Shown here one piece after another: positions 1 to 13,200 of a DNA stretch of 64,000 bases. The translations under genes were made by a program, and so were the position numbers. This DNA comes from Felis catus (lineage: Eukaryota): assembly GCF_018350175.1 (NCBI RefSeq), contig NC_058382.1:50532001-50596000 (forward strand), written 5' to 3'. Within the stretch, counting starts at the first letter, position 1; every line of letters starts with the position of its first letter. The notes beneath the pieces were generated by a model, which saw only the letters and a list, made by a program, of their open reading frames with translations, was not told where the DNA came from and did not search any database.

Positions 1-79
1 TGGAAATTTTTGGTATTCTGGTTGGAACAGTAGTGCATGAACACAGCCACTTTCCAAAGATAAGCAGTCATCTCAGGAC

Positions 80-605
80 GCTGGTGATATTACAGAACTA
101 TTGTCAGTATTTTAGATGTTAACATTAAATTGCAGTTTTGTTTCAAAAGGAATCCTTATCCTTTAAAGATCTATTTTGAGATATTTATGTATGAAATCAC
201 AGGATGTCTGAGACTGAATTTAAAGTAATCTCGTAGGAACGGAGGGGACGTGGGTATAGGTGAAATAAAATTGGCCATGAGTTAGCAATTTCTAATTGTT
301 TTAAAATTTTTATGTTTGATTTTGAGAGAGAGAGAGACAGAGCGCAAGCAAGGGAGGGGCAGAGAGAGAGAGAGAGGGAGACACAGAATCTGAAGCAGCC
401 TCTAGGCTCTGAGCTGTCAGCACAGAGCCCAACGCGGGGCTCTAACTCATGGACCGTGAGATGATGACCTGAGCCCAAGTTGGACATTTAACCAACTGAG
501 CCACCCAGGTGCCCCGAGTTAGCAGTTTTTAAAATCAGATATATGTGTTTTTATTGTTCTTTTCTCCCTACTTGGGTATATATTTGAAAATGGCCATAAA
601 ATTTT
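80..605 (+). mobile_element. Old L1 (L1MC/L1ME-type) 3' end remnant, interrupted by a CanSINE
   Basis: Recalled similarity to old L1M 3' UTR ('ccttatcctttaaagat...atgaaatcacaggatgtctgag...aaaattggccatgagtt'), resuming after the SINE. Boundaries approximate. Confidence 0.5.
295..515 (-). mobile_element. CanSINE (SINEC_Fc-type)
   Basis: Reverse-strand tRNA-Lys-like head (ggggcacctgggtggctcag), (CT)n tract and A-rich tail. TSD gagttagcaatttcta (279-294) / gagttagcagttttta (516-531). Confidence 0.95.
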
Positions 606-1683
606 TAATGCCAGCTATAGGTTTTCCCCTCTTTAGATTTTTCATAGTCAAGTTTCTATTCTTGCACAATATAATTTTCCTTGCAGTAAAGCCAGCAATG
701 ATGAACACCGTTAGGACCAAGTTAAATCAAGTATCAAGATTAATGCGAATTCGTTTGCCTCAGTTGAAAGGAGGTGGTCGAGGCCCAAGTGAGTCCAGTT
801 CTTGATAAAGGAGCGTTCGTGTCGGTAGTGGGGAAGGAGACCAAAGTTTGCTGCTACCACAAAATAAAGAAAAGGAAGGAAAGGCAGATCTGACAGAGAA
901 GAAAAAGGAGAGAAATGGAGAAAAGAAGGGAAATAAGGGGGTGGATCTTCTCTTCCTTCTCCAGCCCCACATCTCAGGCTAAGTGACACTCGACCCCATG
1001 GGCCACGTAGCTCTGGTTTTGACTGACTTGCTTTTCGCTTTCCCAGCCCCCCGTGAGATTGAACTCCCTGGTGTCTTCACAATGAGGTAGATTCCTTCAC
1101 CTCTTACAGGGACACTCATGGATAGTGATGGAAGTGGTCATGCCAGCCAGGCTTCATCATAACCTCAAAATCATCTACATTTGTCTAGGCCCTGAAAAAT
1201 AATTTCAAAAATATAAAAGCATACATGGTAGCACAGTTTCAAATAGTTTTCTTTGATTATGAGTAATCAGCATATAAGTCATAGTTAGGCTGTTTTTTCC
1301 TCCTAAAATAACTAATAAGGTAAAATTAGAAAATAGGAGCCACAGGGAAAACATATAGTTTAATACATGAGTTACATTCGAAGTGTGCATTTAAAATGCT
1401 TAAAAATCAGTGATTTCATTTATAGTCACTATTCAACTAGCTACAGTATTTTTAAAGAAAAATAGTCTAAGGCATAAATACAGTGAACACGCACATGTGG
1501 ATTATTCTGACACCTGACAGGCACAATTTGTAGCATTTGAAACTTAGGTGTTAGAAGCATAGTTATGAATCTTTTATTAAAGATCATTTTTTATGACATT
1601 ATAATGCTTTTTGTTGATTTGCCTTGATTCCTACTCTAGATTTTTCTAGTCTACTTAAAACAGTAAGAGCCGTACAATAAATA

Positions 1684-2323
1684 TAGATAATTATCATTAT
1701 TCGTGACTGTTGTGTTTTGTGAAGTCTTCATGAATGTGGAATTCGCAAATACTGAGCTGCGCTCCTGGGAGTAATACAGGGTTAGGTTTCTGCCAGCCTC
1801 TGGCCACATTTTCATCAGTCAGTCAACACATAACTTATTTTTTGTGTGTTTCTGTTTAAAGACACTTTATTTAATATGTACTGTTAACTCATTAGCCCTG
1901 AACACACGGCCAACAGTACTGTAAGTCAGGCCTAGGCAAAGCTTTATCTGTCACAGTATTTTCTCCATGAGGCGCATCCCAGCCTCCCTGCACTTTAGAA
2001 GATGGTACTTTGACACTAATGCTTAGTTGATATTTTAAACAGCAAAATCGCCGACAAAAGTATAAAAATGCAAAATTGTGAACTAAGTAGACCATGAAAA
2101 AGACACTTGGTTTACGGTATGAGAGTTGGAGCAGGAAAGCGGAATGTTGTCTTGTTTGAACTTCATTGGCAACTTGCACCCTGGCCAACCCAAATTTTTG
2201 CCTCTGTGCATGTTCACAGATGGCCACAAAAGCACCATGGATATTGATTATGGGATTACAAGTAAATTTTGGTGAGTCGATGAATTTACACATACAGAAT
2301 CTTTGAATAATGAGGATAGGCTT
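1684..2323 (-). mobile_element. MER82-like Tigger-derived DNA transposon relic
   Basis: Recalled consensus similarity throughout ('gggttaggtttctg...tgtttaaagacactttatttaat', end 'gaataatgaggat'). A homologous second copy lies at 62301-63129. Confidence 0.75.
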
Positions 2324-2687
2324 TAATTTATTGTCTGTCTAAAAACTGTAAAATAGGTCACTAGCTCTGGTTCACTCTTTCTATAACTTTTATTATGTTT
2401 ACACAACCAGCTTCAGGCAAAATTATGAAGTGAGCATATTTTTGTCTCTTGCAAATTGCCTTTTGCCTTCTCTGTGGTACACTTAAAAAATATTTCAATC
2501 TGTGTTTGCTGTCAGTTAGGAATTAATAAGACTAAAAATCAAAATGCAAGGTCCAAAGATAAAGATCGTGTCTGTCTTGTTTACATTAATTTTGCAGAGC
2601 CTGACTTGGTGTTGGAAACATAATGGGTGCTCAGGAAATATTTAGAAAACATAAATTAATGTGTACCAGCTAATAAATATATCCTAC

Positions 2688-3225
2688 CATGGTAAGCAGA
2701 ATGGCCCTCCAAAGATGTCCACATCCTGAATCTTAGGACCTGTGAATGAATATTCCATGAGGAGGAGATTTAGTGTTGCAGATGGAATGAAAGCTGGTAA
2801 TCAGCTGGTTGTAGAAGGGAAGATTACCTGGCTTTGTATAGGTTAGCCCAGTGTTACCACAAGGGGCCTTAAAAATCAAAGAATGAGGCAGAAAAAGAGA
2901 TATAACATGAGGTATGGCTAAGGAAGGAGGCCAGGATTATACAGTGTGAAAATGACTCAATCCGCTATTGCTGGCTTTGAAGATAGAGGAAGGGGTCCAT
3001 GAGTCAAGGAATGTAGAAGGGCTCTAGAAACTGGAAAAGGCAGGGAAATGGAGTGTCTCCTGGTGCCCCCAAAAAGGAACGTGGCCCTGCTTTCACCTTG
3101 CTTCTTGCCCAGTGACACCTGTGTCCTATTTCTGCCCTCCAGAACTGTCAGGTAATATATTTGTGTTTTAAGCCATGAAATATTTGACAGTTTGGTACCC
3201 AGCCACGCCACAGAAAAGTAATACA
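2688..3225 (+). mobile_element. MaLR solo LTR (MLT1D/E-like)
   Basis: Starts 'atggtaagcagaatggccctccaaagatgtccacatcct', contains 'gctggctttgaagat...gagtcaaggaatg...tctagaaactggaaaaggcagggaa', and ends 'aagtaataca'. Confidence 0.8.
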
Positions 3226-3855
3226 CTCACCAAATGGCATTTCTAGTCTAACAAGTGACATCACACATTTGAAAAGCCTCTAAGACCCCACAGTGAATAT
3301 TTAGGTAACAATGTCAAACCTCATGGTGAGGGCTGGAACTGATATTTGCAGAGAAGTTCATTCGCAGCCCTCAAATCTCACTGAATCGTTTGGGAGCTCT
3401 TCATGAAATTGATTGATTGATTTTGTAACTCCTTTGGAACCAATACTCTATCTTGCTTCCTGGCCAAAATAATTGATTTTGTTATCTCACTGTTGTGTCA
3501 TTTTCAAGTGTGAGAGAAATTCTAGTTTTATGTATTTATAAATCATGTGCTAAATAATACCTCTTTATTTCTAAAATTTTGTAATCAGGCTTTGGGTAAA
3601 ATATGAGAAGATCAACCTCACAATACTCGAAAAAAAAAAAAGAAGGAAAGAAAGAAAGAAATTGCCCTCTGAAACTTGAGAATTAATGTTCAGAATTAAT
3701 CTAGCAAAGAAGTAATGAAAATTAATGTTGTTTTAAAAACCACTGAACACGGACAAAATTTTGATTACCTATTGTCAGCCAATATGATTTAATAGAGGTT
3801 TAGGTAAGGATGATTATGTTGTCAAGAGAATGAAATAGGATGACACAGAGTACGT

Positions 3856-4075
3856 CTTTTTTTTTTTAAGTTTATTTATTTTGAGAGAGAGAGAGAGAGC
3901 ATGCAAACACAGGCAGGGGAGGGACAGCAAGAGAGGGAGAGAGAGAGAGAGAATCCCAAGGAGGCTCTGAACTCCACTTTGAGCCTGCTGTGGGGCTCAA
4001 ACTCATGACCATGAGATCATGACCTGTGCCAAAATCAAGGTGGGTACCTAACTGACCAAGCCAACCAGGCACCCC
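3856..4075 (-). mobile_element. CanSINE (SINEC_Fc-type)
   Basis: T-rich tail, (GA)n tract and tRNA-like head. Flanked by a cagagtac direct repeat. Confidence 0.92.
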
Positions 4076-5734
4076 CAGAGTACTTATTTCTATGACCTAA
4101 TACATAGGCTGTACTCAGTAAATGTAAAACTATTGTTACTGTTGAGGATGCCATTTATTATTATGTAAACATAGTAGGATATATCCCCCTCTTGCCTTGT
4201 GTTCTAGGCTAGTGAAAATATTTCATTTAAAAATGTATTAATTTTACTGAAACTCAAAACTATGCATTAGTCATATAAGTCATTAAGATGTGCTTGGGAG
4301 TCTATTTTGTCCCAGAGTGAAAGGGTTTATATTTTATTATCAGTTAGTGACTTGAGAGGTTGCATAAAAATTACCCTCAAATGTAGGTGGGTAGCAATTA
4401 CTTTACACATTCCCACCGTGTAGATTTAGCTAAGTCAGCACCTTATGGTGTCAGGAACATTCCTGAGACATTTACCCGGAGAGTTCGTTAGAGTATTGCT
4501 GTTGATTTCATCCATCCTCAGAAAGGCAGCAGCATTGTGTACTGCCAGGAATTTGCTCTCCTAGGAAGTCAGCAGTTTTTAAACGTTGGTATAATAATTG
4601 AAGCGGAAAGACATACTTTCCCCTACACAGCAAACCACCACTCGTTCTTATTTGAGGGCAGTGATGAAGTGGCTCTGAAACATTGAGAAATGTACATGTC
4701 GTAGACTATTGATTGAACGGATTTGAAACAAATGAAGGAGACAATCTGGTTCTGGAATCTTCATGTATTTGTTAGTCCACACAAGGTAAAACAAACACCA
4801 AGGATAAGGACAAACGAGATACTCAAAGTTCTTTCATGTGTGATACTATGAGTTGTGATAGTATCTCTGGTGTAATAATATCACTTCCTGTGATGTGCAA
4901 ATATTTATCTATTGATTTATTGCCTGTCCTGTGCCAGATGTTTTAAACATTTAATATGTATCTCTGTGTTTCTCTTTGAAACCTACATTCACAGAAATAC
5001 CATTTATTGACACTTTACATACACGGCAACTGAAATCAGAGGGATTAAATAACCTTGCCAAGTCATACAAAGTGGGTAGTCAGTATCTGACACCAAACTA
5101 CACGTCTGTCCCAGCATCCTCTGCTGCTAGAGTAGGATCATTCGTTTTGTGCTTCAGACTGTACTATTTGATAAGTACGCCTGTGTGTATTCTAGAAAAA
5201 AGAAGGAAAATGACTTTTTAAATAGTAAATTACATGTATGTAATGACTATTATACACGTGTATCTAAACCAAAATATTACATACTGATATAATGTAAAGA
5301 GCGCTGTTTAGTATATAACAGAATATGAGCGTGCACAAAAATGTTTTTACTGGTGGGTAGAAAATGAATCTGGCTAGATACTAGAGAGGCTCAACCGTTA
5401 GGAAATGCCTGAACAGAATAAAGCTTTCTGTGTGCGTGCGCGCGCTCAGGTAGTGCAAATGGTGTCATTTAGGCCACCTGGACGTGAGCGTGTGTTCTAA
5501 CACATGTGTGTGCACACGTACACATGTGTGCCGTCCAGCCATTCAGCCTGTTTTGGGTTTGCGTTTACCTCTGAAACTAAGATCAGCGTCGCGGGAGTTC
5601 TTTCCATGGCGGTGCTGACAGCTCCTCTTCCTTCCAGACCCGTGTGTGGGAGCCTCGTTGCCTCAGCATGGTCACCTGTCCTGTGCTCAGTATTCTAATT
5701 CTTCTTTCTAGTACGCCTGCCCGAACTAAGGTCT

Positions 5735-5910
5735 TTTAGCCTGGGTTCCCCCTCCAGGATTGGAGTTCAGCTTATTTATTTGGAAGGTGATCCCAAGAAG
5801 CAATATAGGAGAATGGGAAGTAGAGACTGAGAAGGGAAGGCAACTACTAAAAGAGCAGTTTGAACTGGGGCTTCATCCCAGCAGGAATTCTAGGAGCCAG
5901 TGCCTGTCAT
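5735..5910. mobile_element. ERVL LTR16-like fragment
   Basis: 'tttatttggaaggtgatcccaagaagca...gggaagtagagactgagaagggaagg' recalls the LTR16 family. Boundaries approximate. Confidence 0.5.
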
Positions 5911-6439
5911 GGCTCGGTGTCCTCCATCCAACGGACAAACTGTCCACTGTCTCTGTTCACTCATTAGTTGAGGACTCACCCTTCCTCCCTGGGAGACATA
6001 CAAAGCACACAGACGAACGTGCGGTGCTAGAAGCTGGGTTTAGCAAGACGTACGTGGAAGCAAAGGCCCCAGGCATACGGTGGGTTATTCACATTTCTTG
6101 CTACACTGGTCCTACCTTATCCGTTAGAGCTAATCGTTTAAAGCCGTCAAGTTCTTTTCCATCATTGCGCTTGAGACCTATTGGGCTGGACCGTGCTCTG
6201 AAGGCCAGGGTCTGGACTGTATCCTTCTGTCAGGACTCTTGCTTCCTCCTTAAAAACTCGGTGTGTGGTTACTTCTCTAAGAGAAGCCCAGCGTTCCTTC
6301 CTTCATTAGGCCTTCACAGCAGAGGCTGTGTTCATGGACTGGAGCTCAACTCTCTATTGTAAATAATCATGACTAAAAGACTCTACGTGTTCTAAGCAGT
6401 CATCGGGGCTTCTCATCAATGCATTACCAAGGGCAGCCC

Positions 6440-7000
6440 ATATCAAAAGCCTAGGGTGTGACTTGAAACCAAGATTATCCCTGTAGGCCTACTCCTGGTA
6501 CCAAAACCTGTATTAGTGGTTCTCCAGAGAAAAAGAGCCAGTTTTATATAAGCATCTCTCTCTCTGTATAGATGTACTATCATGTATTGGCTTAAGTGAT
6601 TATGGAGACTGAGAAGTCCCATCATTTGCAAGCTAAAGACCCAAGAAAGGTGGCGGTTTAAGTCAAAGGCCTGGGAGCCAGAGGGCCGATGAAGTGTATT
6701 CTAGTCCAAGTGTGAAGGCCTGAGAATCAGGATCACTGAGTCAGGAGAAGATCATGTCCTGGTTCATAGTGAGGCAGAGAGAGCATGAATCTAAACTTCT
6801 TCCATTTTTGTTCTATTTAAGCTTTCAACAGATTGGGTGATGGTCACCCAAGTTGGGAAGGGCCATTTGCTCTACTCATTCCACCAATTCAAGGGCTCAT
6901 TTCTTCCGGAAACATCCTCCCAGATGCACCCAGAAACAGTGCTTACTCAGCTATCGAGACATCCGGTGGCCTAGGCAAGTTGACGCAGTTTACCGCCACC
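6440..7000 (-). mobile_element. MLT2-type ERVL LTR (6509 to ~7000) with adjoining start of the ERVL internal region
   Basis: 'tgtattagtggttctccagagaa' to 'cccagaaacagtg...caagttgacgcag'. The reverse strand reads 'ttttggtaccagg' immediately after the LTR, typical of an ERVL-int 5' end. Confidence 0.7.
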
Positions 7001-7524
7001 CACTGCTTACCAACTTGTCCACCCTTCCGCCTCGATTTTCTTAGCTAAGTTAAATTCTTTTGATCACTTCCAAGTTGAACCCTAGGAAGTTTGAAAAGTT
7101 TAGAGTATGCTATTTCTTTTAGTTCCCATTGAGTGCTTTTGACTGTTGATGTGGACAGGAAGTCGCCCTGACTTTTGGCCAAAATGTAAAGATTACTACT
7201 GCCCTCCTGTGTGTAAGAATTAGACGTGGTAAACATTTCCAACATAAGTGACCTGAAACGTTACTTTATTTCTCATCTCTTATTATTTTCAGCTGAAAAA
7301 GTCAACCCACCTCCAATTTCCTTTCCCACCAGTGGCAGTGTTTCCAATTTGTATCTGACTTGTAGAAATTGCTTTTTTATGGGTGAATGTTCTGAAGCAC
7401 ACTAATGTTTATTTATCTAAAATTTCTTGTTATGACAAAACTGTATTTGGCCTAGTAAGGGTCAGGCCGGCATTTTATGGCTCAACTGCATTCCCTTATA
7501 TGACATTCAAAGTCTGCTTTCCTA

Positions 7525-7855
7525 ATTAGCAGTGTCAGCATCACTTAGGAGCTTGTTAGAAATGCACAGTGTGAGACTGCACCCCAGACCTACCCAATCA
7601 GAATACCTGGGGAGGGTCCAGGAAGGTTTTAACAACCCCTCCCTGTGATGTTGTGCACACTAAGCTTGAGTGGCACAGCTGTGTAGTCCTCAAAATGTGG
7701 TTCTGGGACCAGCAGCCTCAGAAGCGTCCTCAAGGAGCGCTCGCTGGAAATGCTGACTCTCAGGCGCCCCTTCTAGGTCTGCTGTGTCATCATCCGCCTG
7801 TTAACGAGAGCCGCAGGAAATGCGTGTGCAATTAAAGTTTGAACAGCACTATTCC
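7525..7855. mobile_element. Two adjacent MER5-type hAT-Charlie MITE relics
   Basis: Motifs 'agcatcacttaggagcttgttagaaatgca', 'ctcaaaatgtggttctgggaccagcagc' and 'aaagtttgaacagcact'. Confidence 0.65.
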
Positions 7856-10800
7856 ACGGGACTCAGCTTTGCATTTTCAGTGTCAGTAAGTGGTAAGATG
7901 TGTCAAGCTATTCAATAAAATTGGCATTCAAAAATGCTGTTTTAAAAGAAAGTATTTTAAAAGGAGAGTTACGTTAAGGAAATGTTCCTAAACTCGCCCA
8001 AAAGGAGAACCAATATTAACTCGGCAAAGTTCTTATTGGAAAGCTATGAACTAGGATATTAAATATGTGTAATATGGGTCCTATAAAAAGAAAGCTACTA
8101 GAGAAAGAAGGGTAGAGGAAGTCATACTGCAGACCTACTTTCTACTTCATTACTTTTTTTTTTTTTTAAACAAGACACTGTAAGTCTTCTCGAAATGATT
8201 GGAACACATCCTTGAGGAGATAGGGGGGAAAATGTCTTCTCTCAATGCAGAGTGCAGAGATTTATTTTGCAGCAAGCCCTGGCAGCTCTTGGCACATATT
8301 GTCATTCGGGAAATGTATCTCCGTCAAACACAAAGAAAAAATAATTTTTTTTTTTGAGTATTGAGTCCTTAGGGAAGAACGCTTATTGGAAATAACAAGT
8401 GGACATGGAATTTGAGTTTGTGAAGTTTGCACATGCACGTGGATACCTGGGCACAGGGTTACTCCTTTGGCATAGACGATCCTGAGTCCCCGTGTGTGGC
8501 GATACTGTCGGTGCCACAGCAGGGCAGGTGACTGTCGAGACGGTCGGTACCAGGCGGAAGGACGCCAGAGCCTTAAACCAGTGTCTCTGCTTCATACCTT
8601 GCCATGTCATGATCACATCAGCTGCTTGTCACGCCTGAGAAATGGGGTCTTAGCATAATAGGCTTATCAGTTTTATCACAAGACTTTAATATCTGTAAGC
8701 CTGTGAAGTGGCTATCACAGCAGTGATGGTCTCTCCTTCCCATATGGCGCTCTTCTTCGGTCTTTGGTTCAGATGTATCACACTCCAAGACTCTCTGCCA
8801 AATGCACTCTCTTCACAAACCAGCTTACAACCTTTAATCCATTTAGGGTAAAAAAAAAAAAAATGGCTTACGGATGGATACATTTCTATCGCTGTGGTCC
8901 TCTTAACAAATGAGAACAATTTGAATATCCACCGAGAAGCTCCAGAATGTGTTCTAGATACGATATGTGAATTGGTCACATAGATCGTATCCTAAAATGA
9001 GAGGGGGTAATCACCAAATCAACCTACTTGATACCATATCCCTTATTTCACACCCTTATTTGTCCCAGTGACAATGCTTGTAAGCTTTGGGCTGTCACTC
9101 AGGGATTCAAATGTCCGTTCATGCTCAGCATGCACTGAGCACTAGGCTCCAAAGTGATCCCAGCCTGGGGGCAGTGCTCAGAAGCCCGAAAATACCTGGG
9201 AGTAGTGTGATGCCGCAGAGAGAGTATCCTGACTGTGGGACTTCAGGCAAGGCTTAGGCAGCTGGGTAGGGAATGAGAGGAGATCCTGTGAATTTAGGCA
9301 GCAGAGAAAAAGCTCACAGGGGAGTGGAGGGCACATGGCGGGGGGTGGGGGAGCCAGGAGGGATGGAGCAAATGGGTCGTTTTCATGTTGAGCTGAGTCC
9401 CCAGCCCACCTCCCTGAGAAGAGACTTCAGCCCTCTCTGCTGAGATCCAGCTAAAATCTCGCATTCGTTGATGCCTCTGCAGAGAACTGCTGGGTCCATC
9501 AAGTAGCTATAAAATAACTTAAACATTAGCGCTTAAATGAAGTCAGAGAAAAATATAGTCAATACAAATGACTTATTTCATTTTTTTCCTAACAGAAACA
9601 AACTCTATTAGACTGTGAGCACGTTAGTGTGTCTAATATTTCCCCTGATTGTTTCTCCTCTGGATATACTTCTTCATGGGGATGAACAGGCATGCCAAAG
9701 GAAAAAACTCAAATGGAGCAGGGAGAGAAGTTCTGCCTATTTATTATGGCATGCTCTGGCTTCTACGACATCTGAAAATTCATGAGAAAATATGTACCTT
9801 TTAAAATTCATCTTATCGTTTGACATTCATCATGAGAAGCTCTGATCTTAGTGGTAGAATAGAGCTGGTCAGGAATGTTTACTTGTTTTGCAAGTTGACC
9901 TTGAGCAAGTTATTTAAATAGTCTCTATTTAAATGGAGTTTATTCTGTAAATGACAGATGCTATGTCCTTTGCTGTCATTGAGATCAGGAAGGTTGGATT
10001 TGCAAGTGCCCACACATGTGCACACCTCATCATGTTTGGAATGTGTGGAAAGAGCGACTGTGTTTTCCAATTGCTAATTAACTGTAATAAAAATGAGCAA
10101 TATTGTATTTACTCGTGCTAAATTACAATTATAAAATGATTTAATAGTAAGACGGTAACTATAAACAAATAACAAGAGGAGAGGACCTAATTTTCTGCTA
10201 ATTTTGAGAGTGATGAGATGGAGTGGGACTTTTCTTCCTTTCTCCTTCCTTCCCCTCCCCCCCCAAATTCTATCTATAACAAACATATTTAAATTACTTT
10301 TATAATGAAAGTTTTCATGTTTTCAACATAAATTATACTTGGAAATAAAACAGTTTTATTAAAATTAAATTTAAACACTCTCAGTGTCTACTTAAATATT
10401 TATTTAGTTCAATCGATATGTTACTATCAAAGGAGCCCTAGGCAATGCCAATAAAGAAATGTGTGAAACGTGGGCACGAGTGTATATCATTCACATCCTC
10501 CTGCCGTGGAAAGTGCCGAAGGTCGAAATCCCCAGTTCATGTCTTCTCCCCCGACCATTACGAACAGATTGTTGGCCCCATTTACTCACCTTTTCCCAAA
10601 GCGATGACTGGATAACACGATGGATAAATTTCTGCCAATTAAGAGAACAAGGAGGCAAATCACTGTGACTAGAGCCCCCAAGAGTTCTTCTGTTTTTAAA
10701 GACAGTTGTATGTTGAAGTGGTTTACTTCTGATGACAACACAAGACTCTCCCAGAGGAATGGCCATAATAACAATAAATGAAAGCTGATTGGGAATCGCT

Positions 10801-11361
10801 GAGGTCCAGCTTTAGGGAGATTGTGACCTATTGAAATTGCTTTAAATCGGATCCTTAGAGGGCATCGGGGGACTTGACATTATTAATTTTTTTTCACCTC
10901 ACTATTCGTTTTACAGGCCGAAGTTTACTAAAATAGAGTGTGATAAATTATTTCATTTCAGGAGAAATTATGTTTTGAAAGTATCTTCAGTAAAATTAAA
11001 TGGATAAGGAGAATCTTCTGGCAGCTCTCTCTCGGTCATCCAAACTGGTAACAGGCAGCAGCAACACTGTGGCCTCCAGAAAAGATCTTTGGTTTTTTAT
11101 TAACCTGAACAGTGGGGAAAATAAAATAATCTTGACCACAAATCAGGAAAGATCTCAACATCAACTAAAAATAAGATATATTTATAAATGTGTTGTGGAA
11201 TTCACTTACAATTCTGCTTCATTAAACTTTGATTACTAAGTTCTTAAGCATTGACACATCTACAAGAACAAGAGGTGTGATTTCACATCCCTCGCAACCC
11301 ACACGACAGCTATACGTTTAATTCAACGAATAGTAGCAAACATACTGAGCTCAACAATAGC

Positions 11362-11782
11362 TGCCGTTGCTGGCCCCCAGCCAGACCCCACCGGAAACAG
11401 ACTTGTGGTCAGACCAGGTTGGGCTTGCTTCCTGTTACAGCACGAGAGAAGGTGCACCATATTTGTGTATCTGAATGTATATGGAGGAGGCGGAGGGAGG
11501 AATGGGACAGAGCTAAGGCTGTATGTAATCGGTAAAGAAGGAGGAATGGATCGCTCACGCTAGCCAAAGCGGTGGACGTTGGCTCACTTATGTGCTTCAG
11601 ACATTGCTTGAGTTTGGGGATGCGTTCCGACAGGATTACAGAGTGCTCTTATTTTCACCTCACTCCATCACAGTCACAGAGTGACCTTGCGGGATGTTGG
11701 TGTCTTGTGAAATTATGTTGAATAGTGAAGCACCGGCCTGGCTCCCAGCTGAGCACGGTCAGGGCTGCTTTTATCTTTCTCA
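11362..11782 (-). mobile_element. Old ERVL-type solo LTR (MER74/MER73-like, family name uncertain)
   Basis: Reverse strand begins tgagaaagataaaagcagccctgac and shares 'caacatc..caaggtcactctgtgac' with the copy at ~59080-59689. Confidence 0.55.
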
Positions 11783-12400
11783 CTGTCCTTCACCTCATGC
11801 ATCCTGTGTATCAGTCAGCACCACCGGACCCGCACACAAATCACTCGTGACTCCTCAGAACTACCCTGTGAGCCTAGGAGGCATCGTTTTCCCCAAGTTA
11901 CTCATAAAACATCTGAATCCCCTGGAAGTCCAGTGGCTTGCCCACGGACCCACAGTGAAGAACGAAAGCTATTTATTATAAAAACATAATTAGGTCAATA
12001 AGTCAACACACTAGAAACAGTGAGAGGTTTCAAAGGAAGCAGAGACACAAATGGTCAAGGGGAAGCTGAAAGTCTTTTGGGGTGTCATTGAAGGAGTGAA
12101 GGAAATTCACAAAGAGTTTTCCTGGGTGGGTGGTGTCTGGGAGTCATCCAGGTCCACTGTGAGCAAAGGCAAGAGGAAGAGTGAGAGCACAGGAGCGGCA
12201 CAGCAGGGGTGACAGCTGGTGTAGACAGAATAGGCAACAGTCCAGAGCGGAGGATAGGGGTGCCAGGCTGGGGTGGGGTTGGAGGAGCGGGCTGGAGAAG
12301 GGTGCGCTGAATTCATCACTGCATGTTTTTGACCCAGGACTGAGGGTTATTCCCAGCTTGGCATGATGTCTGCAATAAGAATGAATATCTACTGAGCTTT

Positions 12401-12611
12401 AAAATTTTTTTTAATGTTTGTTTATTTTTGAGAGAAGACAGAGAACATGAGCGGGGGAGGGGCAGAGAGAGAGGGAGACACAGAATCCGAAGCAGGCTCC
12501 AGGCTCCAAGCGGTCAGCGCAGAGCCCGACATGGGGCTCAAACTCACAAACCACGAGATCATGACCTGAGCTGAAGTCAGACGCTCAACCGACTGAGCCA
12601 CCCAGGCGCCC
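12401..12611 (-). mobile_element. CanSINE (SINEC_Fc-type)
   Basis: Full structure. TSD tctactgagcttt (12388-12400) / tctattgagcttt (12613-12625). Confidence 0.95.
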
Positions 12612-12639
12612 TTCTATTGAGCTTTTAGTGTCAAGTATT

Positions 12640-13200
12640 CATTTATCTATTCAGCAGGCACTTATTGAGTATTGTTTCTTAGGCAATGAGGTGCATTCAG
12701 GGGAATCAGTCACGGGTATGACGCTTTCCTTTTTTTAGAGGGTATCACCACTGAACATTCGAATAGTACTTTATAATCCAGCTTCTATTCTGGTGAACAC
12801 ATGAACAGAGATCCAAGGGCCTCCAGGAGAAGGAACACCAAACCCTTTATGGGCATGAGAGAAGGATTTATGCAGTAGGTGATGTCGGGGCCCAGAGCCC
12901 AAAGCATGAGGAGCAGTTTTCAGGCAGGGAATCCATAGATGATGCTGGAGGGAGGACAGCAGAAGGATCAATAAATAAACCACGAGGACTGAGGAAAGTG
13001 GTTACAGACAATGGTCAGAAGGATGCTGGTGATCCCTGAGCTATTAATGTCAGGAGAACTGTGAGGAAGGAGATTAAGGCACAAGGGATTGCATATTTTT
13101 TGGAAATGGAACAAGCAGGAGCAGTGACTGCTGGCCCCCTTCCTCAGGAGAGTAGGCATGGGTATGTGATAGAAGGGGAGGAAGCTTTGGAATATGCACA
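12640..13200 (-). mobile_element. L2 remnant
   Basis: 'attcatttatctattcagcaggcacttattgagtatt' is the L2 3' end on the reverse strand, followed by degraded purine-rich L2-like body. Confidence 0.5.

Noticed and set aside
197..487. Recurrent ORFs such as 'FEPRVGLCADSSEP...CFRFCVSLSL' across the window, suggesting a protein family
   Set aside because: They are translations of CanSINE copies, not genes.
1892..2293. 133-aa ORF as a transposase gene
   Set aside because: It lies in a non-autonomous MER82-like relic and shows no intact HTH or DDE domain.
5760..6362. Longest ORF in the track (200 aa)
   Set aside because: It does not start at a true ATG, overlaps LTR16-like sequence, has no recognisable domain and shows no splice context.
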